A stretch of DNA of 64,000 bases from Deltaproteobacteria bacterium (lineage in GTDB: Bacteria; Myxococcota; Kuafuiibacteriia; Kuafuiibacteriales; Kuafuiibacteriaceae), in assembly GCA_040218735.1 (NCBI GenBank), contig JAVJQW010000015.1, positions 91,779 to 155,778 of the forward strand, given 5' to 3'. Below, piece by piece: positions 26,691-35,722 of this stretch. A program made the position numbers and the translations under genes. The notes under the pieces were generated by a model. The model worked only from the letters and a program-made list of their open reading frames with translations, ran no database searches and was not told where the DNA came from. The number at the start of each line of letters is the position of its first letter. The first letter of the stretch is position 1.

Positions 26691-26932
26691 TCCTCTCCCC
26701 CGAGCACGCGCCCGCTTGCGGCGCTCGGCCGCACTGCGGTGTGCACGAACGCTCCCATCTGACTCTTCAAGACGAAGCGCGCCGAGCGCGCCTCATGGTT
26801 GCTTCCGGCCGTAGCCGCCCAAGTCACGGGCGGACCCGCGGCGTCCTTGGGCGGTGGCTCGAGGTCGCGCGGCGTAGATCCGCACGCCGCGACGACCACG
26901 CCGAGCAGCGCCGCCCCCATCCAGGTCTTCAT
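26687..26932 (-). CDS. Small lipoprotein
   Basis: [17 protein letters not shown] lipobox; GGAG RBS; ATGA overlap with the fibre gene. Confidence 0.65.
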   Translation of the reverse strand: MKTWMGAALLGVVVAACGSTPRDLEPPPKDAAGPPVTWAATAGSNHEARSARFVLKSQMGAFVHTAVRPSAASGRVLGGEE

Positions 26933-27054
26933 GGTCTCTCCTTCCGCGAGGCGCGAGGGCCCCGACCGCCCCGGCGATGGCCGGGGCGTGCCCGAGGTTC
27001 GAGGGGAGGGCTGGAGATCTTGCGCGGGGAGGTGAATTTTCTCGGCGATTGCCG

Positions 27055-27465
27055 TTAGGTCTGTTGCGACCGCTTCCGATCGACCGCTCGGCGGAGGAGA
27101 TCGACCGCCTGCACGACATCGATCTCGGAACGGACGAGCAGCGTCGTGGCGCTGCTCGACTCCAGCTCGAGCCGGCTCCGCGGCACCTTCCATCCGCCCG
27201 TGACGTCGACCCGCACCCCGCGCAGCCGCGGCCGCGTCCGAACGAACGCGAGCGTTCGCTGCTCACAGACGACCCGGCGATAGGCCGGCGCCCCGGTGCG
27301 GTGGCGGACGATGCCCTCGGTGACCCCCTCGATCGTCTCGAGCTCACGGATCAGCTGCGTCGCGAGGGTTCTGAGGTAGGCGATTTTTCGGCCGTCGAAG
27401 ACGGATGTGTCGTGTTGGGGGCTTCGTTGAATCAAGGGTCGGTTCCTCCGGCCCGAAGCGTCCAC
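27055..27465 (-). CDS. Hypothetical protein
   Basis: Protein-like alpha/beta composition; no recognised motif. Confidence 0.45.
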   Translation of the reverse strand: MDASGRRNRPLIQRSPQHDTSVFDGRKIAYLRTLATQLIRELETIEGVTEGIVRHRTGAPAYRRVVCEQRTLAFVRTRPRLRGVRVDVTGGWKVPRSRLELESSSATTLLVRSEIDVVQAVDLLRRAVDRKRSQQT

Positions 27466-27558
27466 GTGGCTGTGACAGATGTGGTCAGGGCAGGCGCAAG
27501 TGGTAGAGACCTGAGCTCGAACCTACGGAACCGACGACGTCACTCATCGGCTGAGTTG

Positions 27559-27867
27559 CTAGCGCGTCTGGCGGGCTCGAACGTCGAGGAGATTCGCCCG
27601 CGGGCGGGGGCCCTTCGGGAGGGGGGACGTGCGCGGCGCAAGCGCGGGCTTCGTCGCTTGGAAGGCGGTGCGCGCGGTTTGCACGGCGTCGATGATCGCG
27701 CGCGAGGTCGTCTTGTCGCCTCGGCGGTCGTAGACGAAGGCGAGCTGGAGGAGCGCGCGGAGCGTCGGCTCTAGGGTGGGGCGTCCGAAGTGTTCCCGGA
27801 CGAGTGTCGCGAGGTCGTCGCCTCGGTCGAGGATGTCGACGGCGCGTGCGGCGACGTCGTCGCTCAT
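27559..27867 (-). CDS. Hypothetical protein
   Basis: ATG overlaps the stop of the upstream ORF; helical composition. Confidence 0.5.
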   Translation of the reverse strand: MSDDVAARAVDILDRGDDLATLVREHFGRPTLEPTLRALLQLAFVYDRRGDKTTSRAIIDAVQTARTAFQATKPALAPRTSPLPKGPRPRANLLDVRARQTR

Positions 27868-28427
27868 AGGTTTTCCGTGAGCTCGATTTTCGTCCACAGG
27901 CGTTCGAGGTCGGCGACGTCTTGGATGGGGTGATGGCTCGTGTGGCGTGCGCGTAGTGGGACGCCTTCGAGCTCCTCGTGGTCGAGGAGGTACCGCACGG
28001 CCCTGAGTCCGCCGGTCAACTTCTCGTACCGGTAGAGGCGGGCGCTGAGCTTCGTGCCGTCCGCGACGCGCTCCAACACGTCCGACAACGGCACCCGGCC
28101 GCGGGAGTCGAAGAACGCCACGCGCTTGCCCTTGGTTATCGACGCATCGTGAAGCTCCGCGTTCATGGTGCGGATGTTGGACAGGACCTGTCGTCCCGAC
28201 TGCGTGGTCGGTGCGGCGCCCACGAGCTCAGCCATCCAGGCGGTGTCCGGGGAGCCGGCCAACTCGCGCCGCACAAACGCGGCGAGCGCGCCTTGAACGT
28301 CGGGCTGCAACTGGCCCTGCAGCGCCTGGAGCTCGGCGAGGATCGCGGGACCGTCGGCCGGTACACGATCCCGAACCGACTGGACGAAGGTCCCGCCGAG
28401 GCTTTCGACGGCAGAGACGGGGGCCAT
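27864..28427 (-). CDS. Hypothetical protein
   Basis: Protein-like composition; translationally coupled to the next ORF. Confidence 0.55.
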   Translation of the reverse strand: MAPVSAVESLGGTFVQSVRDRVPADGPAILAELQALQGQLQPDVQGALAAFVRRELAGSPDTAWMAELVGAAPTTQSGRQVLSNIRTMNAELHDASITKGKRVAFFDSRGRVPLSDVLERVADGTKLSARLYRYEKLTGGLRAVRYLLDHEELEGVPLRARHTSHHPIQDVADLERLWTKIELTENL

Positions 28428-28736
28428 ACCGACGTTATCGGCAATTCCCGGACGGGCGTTGTGCGCGATGGCGCTGCGAAGTGGGTCGTTCGTCCTCCCG
28501 GGCCGGCTCGAGGCCGCGGAGGCGCGGACGCGGCGGGCTGGCGCCGACCGCCCGCGAGGGAGCTACGCGATTCGCGGCACGCGGAGGGCCGTAGATCAGC
28601 CCGCCGATATCGGCCGAGCACGGGGTTGGCCGGGTCTGGGGTCGGCTCCTGGAAGGCAACGACCCGGGGCGACTCGACGGGTTAGTCGGTCTCCGATTGA
28701 GCTCATCGCGCGGGATCGCTAGGGTCCCCGTGCCCG

Positions 28737-29987
28737 TTGATCCGCGCCGTCCCCGCTCTGCTCTTCCTCGCCGCGATCGTGGGCTGTGCCTCGCCGTCGC
28801 CGCCGACGATCGAGGTTGCGCCCGCAAGTGAACCGGACCCGCCCGAGGTGATCGACTTCGTCGAGGGGCTCGCCTCCGAGGAGGTCGAGGACGCACCGGG
28901 CGAGGAGGTCCTCGACGAGGTCTTGGACACCGACGATGTCGCGACGGCAAGCGTCGGCGACGTGCTCGCCGACTTGCGCGAAGTCGAAACCGCCTCCGCG
29001 TGCGCGTTCTCCGACGTAGCCCTCGCGACGCGTTGGCAGGATGCGCCCGAGTCGCTCGGCTCGATCTCGCTCGGCTTCACCTACGAGGGGCGCATCATCA
29101 ACGCGGAGCCGTTCCCCAGCGGCGGTGAGGACGAGGCGTGGACGGTCATCCTTCCGTCGCGTGCTTGGGCAACTTCGGAGACGATCGCGTATGTCGTCGC
29201 GGCCGCTCGGCAAGTGCGCGCGGTGCGACCGGACGCTCATCCGCTCCGCGTCAACGGCATCAGCCTCCGAGAGGGCGGATGGTTACGGCCGCACCGTACT
29301 CACCAGAACGGGCGTGACGTCGACCTCGGCTTCTACTACCCGACGCCCGAGGCCGTTCGGTGCAGAGCCTGTGAGAAACATATGGACGTGCCCGCAAATT
29401 GGGAGCTCGTGAAGGCTCTGGTGAGTTTGACGGACGTCGAAGTCATCCTCGTCGACCGCGCGGTGCAGCGGGTACTCATCGACTATGCGCTCTCCATCGG
29501 TGAGGATCCAACCTGGATCGACAGCCTTTTCCGAGCGGGCCGGCGGTCTTTGATCAAACACGCACGACGACACCGCGACCACTTTCACGTCCGCTTCTAC
29601 AACCCATGCGCGCAAGAGCTCGGACGGCGGGTGGCGCCACTGCTCGCGCAGCGCCCCGACGAGAACCTCCGAATGTACCGCGTACGAAACGGCGACAACC
29701 TCAGCATGATCGCGTACCGAAACAACAGCAGCGTCCGCGCGATTCAGAAGGCCAATCGAATGCGCGGCACGTTCCTTAGCGTCGGCCGGGTCCTGCGCGT
29801 CCCGATGCGTGGCCCGTGCACCCGCTGCCCGGTGCCTCCACCCGTCGAGGTCCCGGCGCGCCGCGTACCGCCGCTCGAAGTCGCGACCGCGACCACCTCG
29901 GCCGCGGTGGTCGCGTCGAGCGACGGTGATCCGAGCGCCGAGCCGCCGGAAGGGCAAACCGGTGACTCGGCGGCACCTGGGCTCTGA
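28737..29987 (+). CDS. Lipoprotein: penicillin-insensitive murein endopeptidase (MepA-like) with LysM domain
   Basis: IVGC lipobox; HRTHQNGRDVD and HRDHFHVR Zn motifs; YRVRNGDNLSMIA...LRVP LysM. Confidence 0.85.
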   Translation: MIRAVPALLFLAAIVGCASPSPPTIEVAPASEPDPPEVIDFVEGLASEEVEDAPGEEVLDEVLDTDDVATASVGDVLADLREVETASACAFSDVALATRWQDAPESLGSISLGFTYEGRIINAEPFPSGGEDEAWTVILPSRAWATSETIAYVVAAARQVRAVRPDAHPLRVNGISLREGGWLRPHRTHQNGRDVDLGFYYPTPEAVRCRACEKHMDVPANWELVKALVSLTDVEVILVDRAVQRVLIDYALSIGEDPTWIDSLFRAGRRSLIKHARRHRDHFHVRFYNPCAQELGRRVAPLLAQRPDENLRMYRVRNGDNLSMIAYRNNSSVRAIQKANRMRGTFLSVGRVLRVPMRGPCTRCPVPPPVEVPARRVPPLEVATATTSAAVVASSDGDPSAEPPEGQTGDSAAPGL

Positions 29988-30102
29988 CTCGGCGGCGTCA
30001 GGTGCGCCCGACGTCCAGATAAGGATCACGTTTGTGCGTCGCCGCCCGCGGAGAAGAGCGCGAGGCGCGGCCCCGATCGAGCCCCTGGACCCTCGCACCC
30101 AG

Positions 30103-30553
30103 GGGACTCGCGCTAAGCGCCGTGCGCTCGAGTAAGGGAGCGAAGCGACCGTTTCGAGCGGCGTCGCGTGACCGAGGAGCGTGTCACGCGCCGGAGGGAG
30201 CGAAGCGCCCGAGCGAGCGGTCTCAACGGCGAGCCGGCCCGACGGAGCGCCAGGGCCACCGCGCCTGGGGGACTCGCGCCAAGCGCCGTCCGCGCGAGTA
30301 AGGGAGCGAAGCGACCGCTTCGAGCGGCGTCGCATGACCGAGGAGCGTGTCACGCGCCCGAGGGAGCGAAGCGCCCGAGCGAGCGGTCTCAACGGCGAGC
30401 CGGCCCGACCGAGCCCCAGGGCCACCGCACCGCGGGACACGGGACTCGCGCTAAGCGCCGTCCGCTCGAGTAAGGGAGCGAAGCGACCGCTTCGAGCGGC
30501 GTCGCATGACCGAGGAGCGTGTCACGCGACCGAGGGAGCGAAGCGACCGAGAG
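30103..30553. repeat. About 2.6 tandem copies of a 166-172 bp tRNA-linked repeat
   Basis: Units start GGGACTCGCG at 30103, 30269 and 30441; 30432-30448 is identical to 17 bp at the 3' end of the adjacent tRNA. Confidence 0.9.
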
Positions 30554-30626
30554 AGCGGGACACGGGACTCGAACCCGCGACTTCGACCTTGGGAAGGTCG
30601 CACTCTACCAACTGAGTTAGTCCCGC
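30554..30626 (-). tRNA. tRNA-Gly (anticodon CCC), CCA not encoded
   Basis: Reverse complement GCGGGACTAACTCAGTTGGTAGAGTGCGACCTTCCCAAGGTCGAAGTCGCGGGTTCGAGTCCCGTGTCCCGCT folds as a cloverleaf. Confidence 0.95.
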
Positions 30627-30666
30627 TTAGGACGAATCCGGCAGGTAGCACCGCCGCCCAGCGCAG

Positions 30667-31194
30667 TCAATCGCCGAGCGCCAGGGGCGCGCCGCAGGCG
30701 TCGCAGGGGACCGTGGCGAGGTCTGGGCGGTAGTCCGAGCGGTAGTACGTCGCGCCGCAGCCGTCGCAGTGGCGGGGCGGGTCGTCGGCGGCCTCCGACT
30801 TGCGGACCTTCAGGACGTACGTCCCGGCCCACCGGTCGCCCCAGCGCTGCTGCGGGGTCTCGCGCTCGTGTTTCATGATCATGCCGGGGAGGGCGATCGC
30901 GTCGACGGCCACCAAGAGCGTGCGCTTCGCCGCGCGGAGGAGGCCCGGGCGACCGCCCGTCTCCGCGACGACGCGCAAACCGAACATCGACTTGAAGACC
31001 GTCGTGCCGATCGCGCTGCCCACGAACGAATGGACCAGCTCCGCCGCGAGCAAGCCCTCCTCGAACCACGCCTCGGACACCAAGAACCCCGTGACCGCCG
31101 CGACCAAGAAGCCGTCCAAGAACGCCGCGATCGCGCGGAGCTGAAGCACACTCGGCGGCTGCCCGCGCGCCAGCTTCTCGACGTCGCTCACCAC
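30667..31194 (-). CDS. RDD family membrane protein with C-terminal zinc ribbon
   Basis: RAIAAFLD, GTTVFKSMFGLRVV, QRWGDRWAGTYV; CDGC...CDAC. Confidence 0.8.
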   Translation of the reverse strand: MVSDVEKLARGQPPSVLQLRAIAAFLDGFLVAAVTGFLVSEAWFEEGLLAAELVHSFVGSAIGTTVFKSMFGLRVVAETGGRPGLLRAAKRTLLVAVDAIALPGMIMKHERETPQQRWGDRWAGTYVLKVRKSEAADDPPRHCDGCGATYYRSDYRPDLATVPCDACGAPLALGD

Positions 31195-31223
31195 CGCATC
31201 ACACGACCCGCGCCCGCGCCCCG

Positions 31224-31877
31224 TCAATCCAAAGCCAGGTGCACGTGATCCCAATGGCCCCCAATCGGCCCGATCTGCACCCCGTTCTTCACCCCACCCA
31301 ACGGGTCGTAGAACAACTCGCGCGGACTCCGGCTCGCATACCGCCGATAAAACGCCGCCATCTTCGCCGGGTCACCCGCCACGTCGATCGCATGCCCGCG
31401 CCCGTCCGCGTGGTTGTGGCGATAGTGAAACGACGTCGATGAATGCGTGCCGCCCGTCGTCGAAGTCACCGTCAAACCCATCCGCACCGCGTCCACCGCC
31501 GCACGCTGCAACGAAGGCGCGAGCTGATGGTAACTCGGGACCTGACGAATCTCCGCCGCCGTCGCCGCGCCCGCGTCGCGCTGACCCCACTTCGCCACCG
31601 CACGCTGCTCACGCCACGCACCCGACGGACCACCGCGCGCCTCACGCGCCTGCGACGGCGCCGCCTGCGCGAGACGCATACTCAACGCCTGCATCGCCTG
31701 AAGCTGCTGCATCCACTGCGCGATCACCATCGCCGCCGCCACGAACCCCGCGAGCTGCTGCTGCGGATCCGCGCGCGGCACGATCCCCAGGTCCTGCAAC
31801 ACACGTTGCGCGGGGGGCTGCGATGAACGGTAGGGCGAGAGCGCGTACGGCGTACGCGCCGAAATCGGGTTCCACAT
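31224..31877 (-). CDS. Putative M15/LAS-type Zn peptidase with Gln-rich N-terminus
   Basis: SFHY...GHAIDV and HWDHVH motifs; GGAG RBS before ATG 31877. Confidence 0.6.
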   Translation of the reverse strand: MWNPISARTPYALSPYRSSQPPAQRVLQDLGIVPRADPQQQLAGFVAAAMVIAQWMQQLQAMQALSMRLAQAAPSQAREARGGPSGAWREQRAVAKWGQRDAGAATAAEIRQVPSYHQLAPSLQRAAVDAVRMGLTVTSTTGGTHSSTSFHYRHNHADGRGHAIDVAGDPAKMAAFYRRYASRSPRELFYDPLGGVKNGVQIGPIGGHWDHVHLALD

Positions 31878-32019
31878 CCTGTGTCTCCTCCCGGCGCACG
31901 AATCCACGCGCCGGTGCTCAGGACGTCGACCTATGAATTACAGATCGACGCCGCGTCCGAAGACAGCGTTCCAACGTCGACCCACGACTGCCAATGATTA
32001 ACTCCAGGGTTAAGGGGCC

Positions 32020-32694
32020 CTAAGGTTCGAGACCGAGCATCCGATCGATCGCCTTCGGCCCACCGCGCGCCTTCGCTTCGAGCAACCACGCACGACCCTT
32101 CGCGCGATCCGATTCATCCCCGCCCAGCAACACCGACCCACCGAAGAAGTACGGCTGCCAACCCTCGAAGCCCTTGTCGATCGCACGCTGCGCCGACTGC
32201 ACCGTGATGCCCTCCAGATCCAAGTGCCACCCGACGTACGCCAGCCCCACACACAAATCGTCGCGCTGACACGGGCGCTTCGCGAAGTAACCCAAGTGCT
32301 CCGCGAGATCCTTCTCCTGCGCCTCGCTCCGCGACTTCGTTCGCGCCAGCGCCATGAGCAAGCTGACTTGCGCCGACTCCGTCACTCGAATCGCCAGCGC
32401 CGCCCGCGCGCTCTTTTCCGCCTGCGCGAAGTCGTCCTTCCCGAAACACGCCGCGCTCGTCTTCAGGTGGTACGCCTCGACGTCTCGCCCGCACGCCGCC
32501 AACGACACCAACGCCTCGCACCGCTCCGCCGGTGGCTGCGACGTCCCCGTCTGCCGAATCTTCTCCGCCTGCTTCGGACACCGCGCCAGGAGCGCTTTCT
32601 CCATCGCGACCTGGTCCACCTCGCGCCGCTGCTCGTAACCCTTCGCCCACGCCGGCGTCGCCACCAACATCGACAGAACCCAAACCCACTTCAT
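32020..32694 (-). CDS. Secreted TPR-like protein
   Basis: Signal peptide ending AWA; helical repeats; ATGA overlap with the upstream TPR gene. Confidence 0.7.
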   Translation of the reverse strand: MKWVWVLSMLVATPAWAKGYEQRREVDQVAMEKALLARCPKQAEKIRQTGTSQPPAERCEALVSLAACGRDVEAYHLKTSAACFGKDDFAQAEKSARAALAIRVTESAQVSLLMALARTKSRSEAQEKDLAEHLGYFAKRPCQRDDLCVGLAYVGWHLDLEGITVQSAQRAIDKGFEGWQPYFFGGSVLLGGDESDRAKGRAWLLEAKARGGPKAIDRMLGLEP

Positions 32695-33968
32695 GCCTGC
32701 GGCCCCCGCGCCAACAACTCTTCGAGGAGCTGCTGCGCCTGCGCGTGGTGAGGGTCGAGTTTCAACGCCGACTCCAACTCCTCCATCGCCCCCGCACGAT
32801 CTCCCTGGTTGTTCTTACACGCCGCGAGATACACGCGCACCTGCGCCTGGTCCGGCGCCACCTTCACCGCGCGCTCCAGTAACTCACGTGCCGCGACGTA
32901 CTCATCCTCTCGCATCCGGTGCAGCCCGAGGTTCGCGAGCGCCGGCCCGCACTCCGGGTCGGCCGTCAACGCCGCCTCCAGATCCGACGCCCCCTCCGCC
33001 AACGCACCGAGCTGCATCTTCGCGACGCCCCGGTTCGCCAGGATCACCGCGTGCCCCGGCGCGATCCGATCCATCCGCTCCAACACCGCGAGCTGCGCCG
33101 TCCACAGCTCGAGCTCGCCGAGCGTCACTCGCGCCTCCTCCAGCTCGTTCAGGTCGTGGCAGTCGAGCGCGAGCAACGCCTCCACCGCCTCGTCGCGCTC
33201 GTCGTTCCACTGCCCGACGTGATTCACCCGAATCACCATCGCCAACGGCTTCACCTTGCCGGGACGCAGCTTCGACCACAGCTCCGCGCGGTCCCGCGCG
33301 AGTTGAAAGCTACCTTGCGCACCGAGCTCGAGGATCTCCTGCTCGATGCGGTAGTCCGACAGCAGCTGCACCTTGTCACTCGCGTCCTCGACCGCCGCCT
33401 CGGGCGCCAACTCACCGAGCCGCGACACCGGATCCGCGTCACGCCACGCCGCGTACAGCTCTGTCGGTTTCCAGCCCTCCGCGTGCAGCGGGTTATCCTC
33501 CGTCTCGGGCACCACGTACGCGTCCGCGAACGCCGCCACCATCCGGAACACCGCGCGCGCGCAGCCGCGCTCGTCCTCGAAGCCCGACATCTGCTCGTCG
33601 AGCCACGGCGCGAACCGCGGCGACTCCTCGAACTTCGCAGCGTCGTCGAACGCCGACACCGGCAAGAGCGACGCGCGGTCGGCGTGGTCGAGGAGTCCGC
33701 GCGTCCACAGATCGATCCGATGCATGCGCTCGATCAACACTCGCTCCGGATCCGGCACGCCGAGCTGCAGCGCGTACCGCGTCGCGACCGTCGCGAGCGG
33801 ATCCTCCGTCGCATCCAACACGATGCGGGCGAGGAGCGCCCACGCGAGCGCCTCCGTTTCGTCGAGCTCGACCGAGAGCAGCGCGAGCCAGGCGGCGTCG
33901 CGGGTCTGACCGAGCTCGAGCTGGGCGCGGGCGTGGCGCGCGGCGCGGCGGGGGAGGCCGTCGGACAT
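32691..33968 (-). CDS. Tetratricopeptide repeat protein
   Basis: C-terminal TPR-like repeats (LANRGVA, ALANLG, ALKLDPHHAQAQQLL). Confidence 0.8.
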   Translation of the reverse strand: MSDGLPRRAARHARAQLELGQTRDAAWLALLSVELDETEALAWALLARIVLDATEDPLATVATRYALQLGVPDPERVLIERMHRIDLWTRGLLDHADRASLLPVSAFDDAAKFEESPRFAPWLDEQMSGFEDERGCARAVFRMVAAFADAYVVPETEDNPLHAEGWKPTELYAAWRDADPVSRLGELAPEAAVEDASDKVQLLSDYRIEQEILELGAQGSFQLARDRAELWSKLRPGKVKPLAMVIRVNHVGQWNDERDEAVEALLALDCHDLNELEEARVTLGELELWTAQLAVLERMDRIAPGHAVILANRGVAKMQLGALAEGASDLEAALTADPECGPALANLGLHRMREDEYVAARELLERAVKVAPDQAQVRVYLAACKNNQGDRAGAMEELESALKLDPHHAQAQQLLEELLARGPQA

Positions 33969-34048
33969 CGTCCGAGCATGCCACGCCTTCGTCCGGCCAC
34001 CTCGGACGAATCACGGACGAATCACGGCGTCCGGGTGCGCGATCGGGC

Positions 34049-34064
34049 TGGCATCCCGTGTGCT
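34049..34064 (+). promoter_or_regulatory. Sigma-54-type promoter
   Basis: TGGCATCCCGTGTGCT = GG-N10-GC; preceded by an 11-bp tandem repeat CGGACGAATCA x2 (34003-34024). Confidence 0.5.
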
Positions 34065-34086
34065 TTGGACCGCTGGCGTGGACGCG

Positions 34087-34419
34087 ATGAAGACGCCCGG
34101 TTCGAGCCTCCCCCTGGCGGTGGGAGGGCTCGTGCTCGCTCACCTGGATCGACGCGACCTGATGGCCCTGGCTTCGCTCAAGCTCTGGTCAGAGGTCGGT
34201 GTGCCGCACGACGAGAGCCTCGCCCTGTTGCGTGGATGTGATGAGGATTGGATGAGGACCTTTCTCGACAGTCGGCCCCAGGCGATCGGCGGGGCGCCGC
34301 TCGACGTCCGCCTCCTCGAGCGCGCACGCGCGCGGTTTGCCCGTCGGCAACGCCGCGCGCGTGTGCGCCTCGGGTTGGACCTCGACGAGACCCGCACCAA
34401 CCTCACCTCCGCCGCTTGA
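34087..34419 (+). CDS. Hypothetical protein
   Basis: Short ORF downstream of a sigma-54 motif; Leu-rich helical. Confidence 0.45.
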   Translation: MKTPGSSLPLAVGGLVLAHLDRRDLMALASLKLWSEVGVPHDESLALLRGCDEDWMRTFLDSRPQAIGGAPLDVRLLERARARFARRQRRARVRLGLDLDETRTNLTSAA

Positions 34420-34477
34420 CCGCCGACACAACCAAGCACCGCTTGAGGCATCCCCCCAACCGTTCTAAGGCTCCCGC

Positions 34478-35722
34478 GTGCTCGCTGCTGCCCTGCTGCT
34501 GGCGCTCGCCCAGCCCGACGCGCGCCCCGTGGTCGCCGTCTTCCCCATCCAAGACTCGAGCGGCCGCCTCCAGGCCGACGCGACGACGCAGCTCACCGAC
34601 TACCTCGGCGTGAAGATCGCCGAGAGCGGTGGCTACATCGTCGTGCCGCGCAAGGATATCGAGGCCGCGCTCGCGGCGGCCAAGGCCGAGTCGTACCAGG
34701 CGTGTTACGACCAGGCCTGCCAGATCGAGATCGGCAAGGAGCTCGCCGCGCAGAAGATCGTGCACACGCAGATCGTCCAGGTCGGCGACCAGTGCGCCGT
34801 CACCGCCACCCTGTACGACCTCCGCATCGCCGCGACCGATCGCGCCACGTCGGAGAAGGGCGGGTGCGGCGACAACGAGCTCGTCGCTTCGATCGAGGCG
34901 GTCGCGCGAAAACTCGCGCCTTCCTCCGAACCGCCGCCGCCGGATCCGAACGCTCCGAAGTTCGGCGTGAAGCTGACGAGTGAACCCTCCGGCGCCGAAG
35001 TCATCCTCGACGGGCGCTTCGTGGGTAAGACACCCGCACGTCTCAGCGTCGACGCCGGCCGACCGCACCGCCTCACGCTCCAGTACGACGGCTACGTGGA
35101 GCACACCGAAGAGGTGACGCTCGAGAAGGACGAGCAGCGCCACGTCGACCTGCGCCTCACCCGTTCGTCGCGTGTGAACCGCGACGAGTGGTTCGGTTTG
35201 TCACTCGCCGCCGCGGTCACGTTCGGAGGCGCCGCGGGCGCCGGGTTCTGGGCGCGCATCGCCAACCTGCACTTCGGTGACTTCGCGTGGACGGTAGTCG
35301 AAGCCTACCTCGGCGTCTTCTCCGGGCCTGACTACGATCTGGGGTGCCCACTCTCGGAGCTCGGTCCGCGTGGGTTCTGCGAAGGGAGCAGCGAACACTT
35401 CGGCGTGTTCCTCGGGACTCGACCGGGCTGGACGTTCTCACTCGAAGACTCCGGCGAGCACGCGCTGGAGGTGAGCGTCGGCGGCGGGCTCTACGCGATC
35501 ACGAGCGGCAACGACGAGTCGTCCGCGTTCGCGGTGACTCCGTCCGTTCGCTACCTGCGGCGCGGCGACGGCGCCTTCGTGTACGGCGGTGGCCTGCGCT
35601 TGATTCTCCCCGTCGTCACGCCCGACTGTGACCCGAGCGGGAGTATCGACCGCTACGTCGGGTGCCGGCACGGCAACCCCGTCACCCTGCAGCTGGAGGT
35701 TCCGTTGGGATGGTACCTGTGA
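34478..35722 (+). CDS. PEGA domain protein with N-terminal CsgG/TolB-N-like domain and C-terminal beta-barrel-like region
   Basis: Signal peptide; CYDQACQIEIGKEL; LTSEPSGAEVILDGRFVGKTP PEGA motif. Confidence 0.85.
   Translation: MLAAALLLALAQPDARPVVAVFPIQDSSGRLQADATTQLTDYLGVKIAESGGYIVVPRKDIEAALAAAKAESYQACYDQACQIEIGKELAAQKIVHTQIVQVGDQCAVTATLYDLRIAATDRATSEKGGCGDNELVASIEAVARKLAPSSEPPPPDPNAPKFGVKLTSEPSGAEVILDGRFVGKTPARLSVDAGRPHRLTLQYDGYVEHTEEVTLEKDEQRHVDLRLTRSSRVNRDEWFGLSLAAAVTFGGAAGAGFWARIANLHFGDFAWTVVEAYLGVFSGPDYDLGCPLSELGPRGFCEGSSEHFGVFLGTRPGWTFSLEDSGEHALEVSVGGGLYAITSGNDESSAFAVTPSVRYLRRGDGAFVYGGGLRLILPVVTPDCDPSGSIDRYVGCRHGNPVTLQLEVPLGWYL

Noticed and set aside
30103-30553. CRISPR array
   Set aside because: Units are about 170 bp and near-identical throughout, with no unique spacers, and no cas genes are in the window.
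14631-30626. tRNA-Gly-anchored genomic island containing the RiPP cluster
   Set aside because: No integrase, and I saw no distal copy of the tRNA 3' end; the only copy lies about 105 bp from the tRNA.
30168-30733. Short ORFs with repeated peptides (MTEERVTR..., KGAKRP...)
   Set aside because: They are translations of the DNA repeat and tRNA, with no independent coding evidence.
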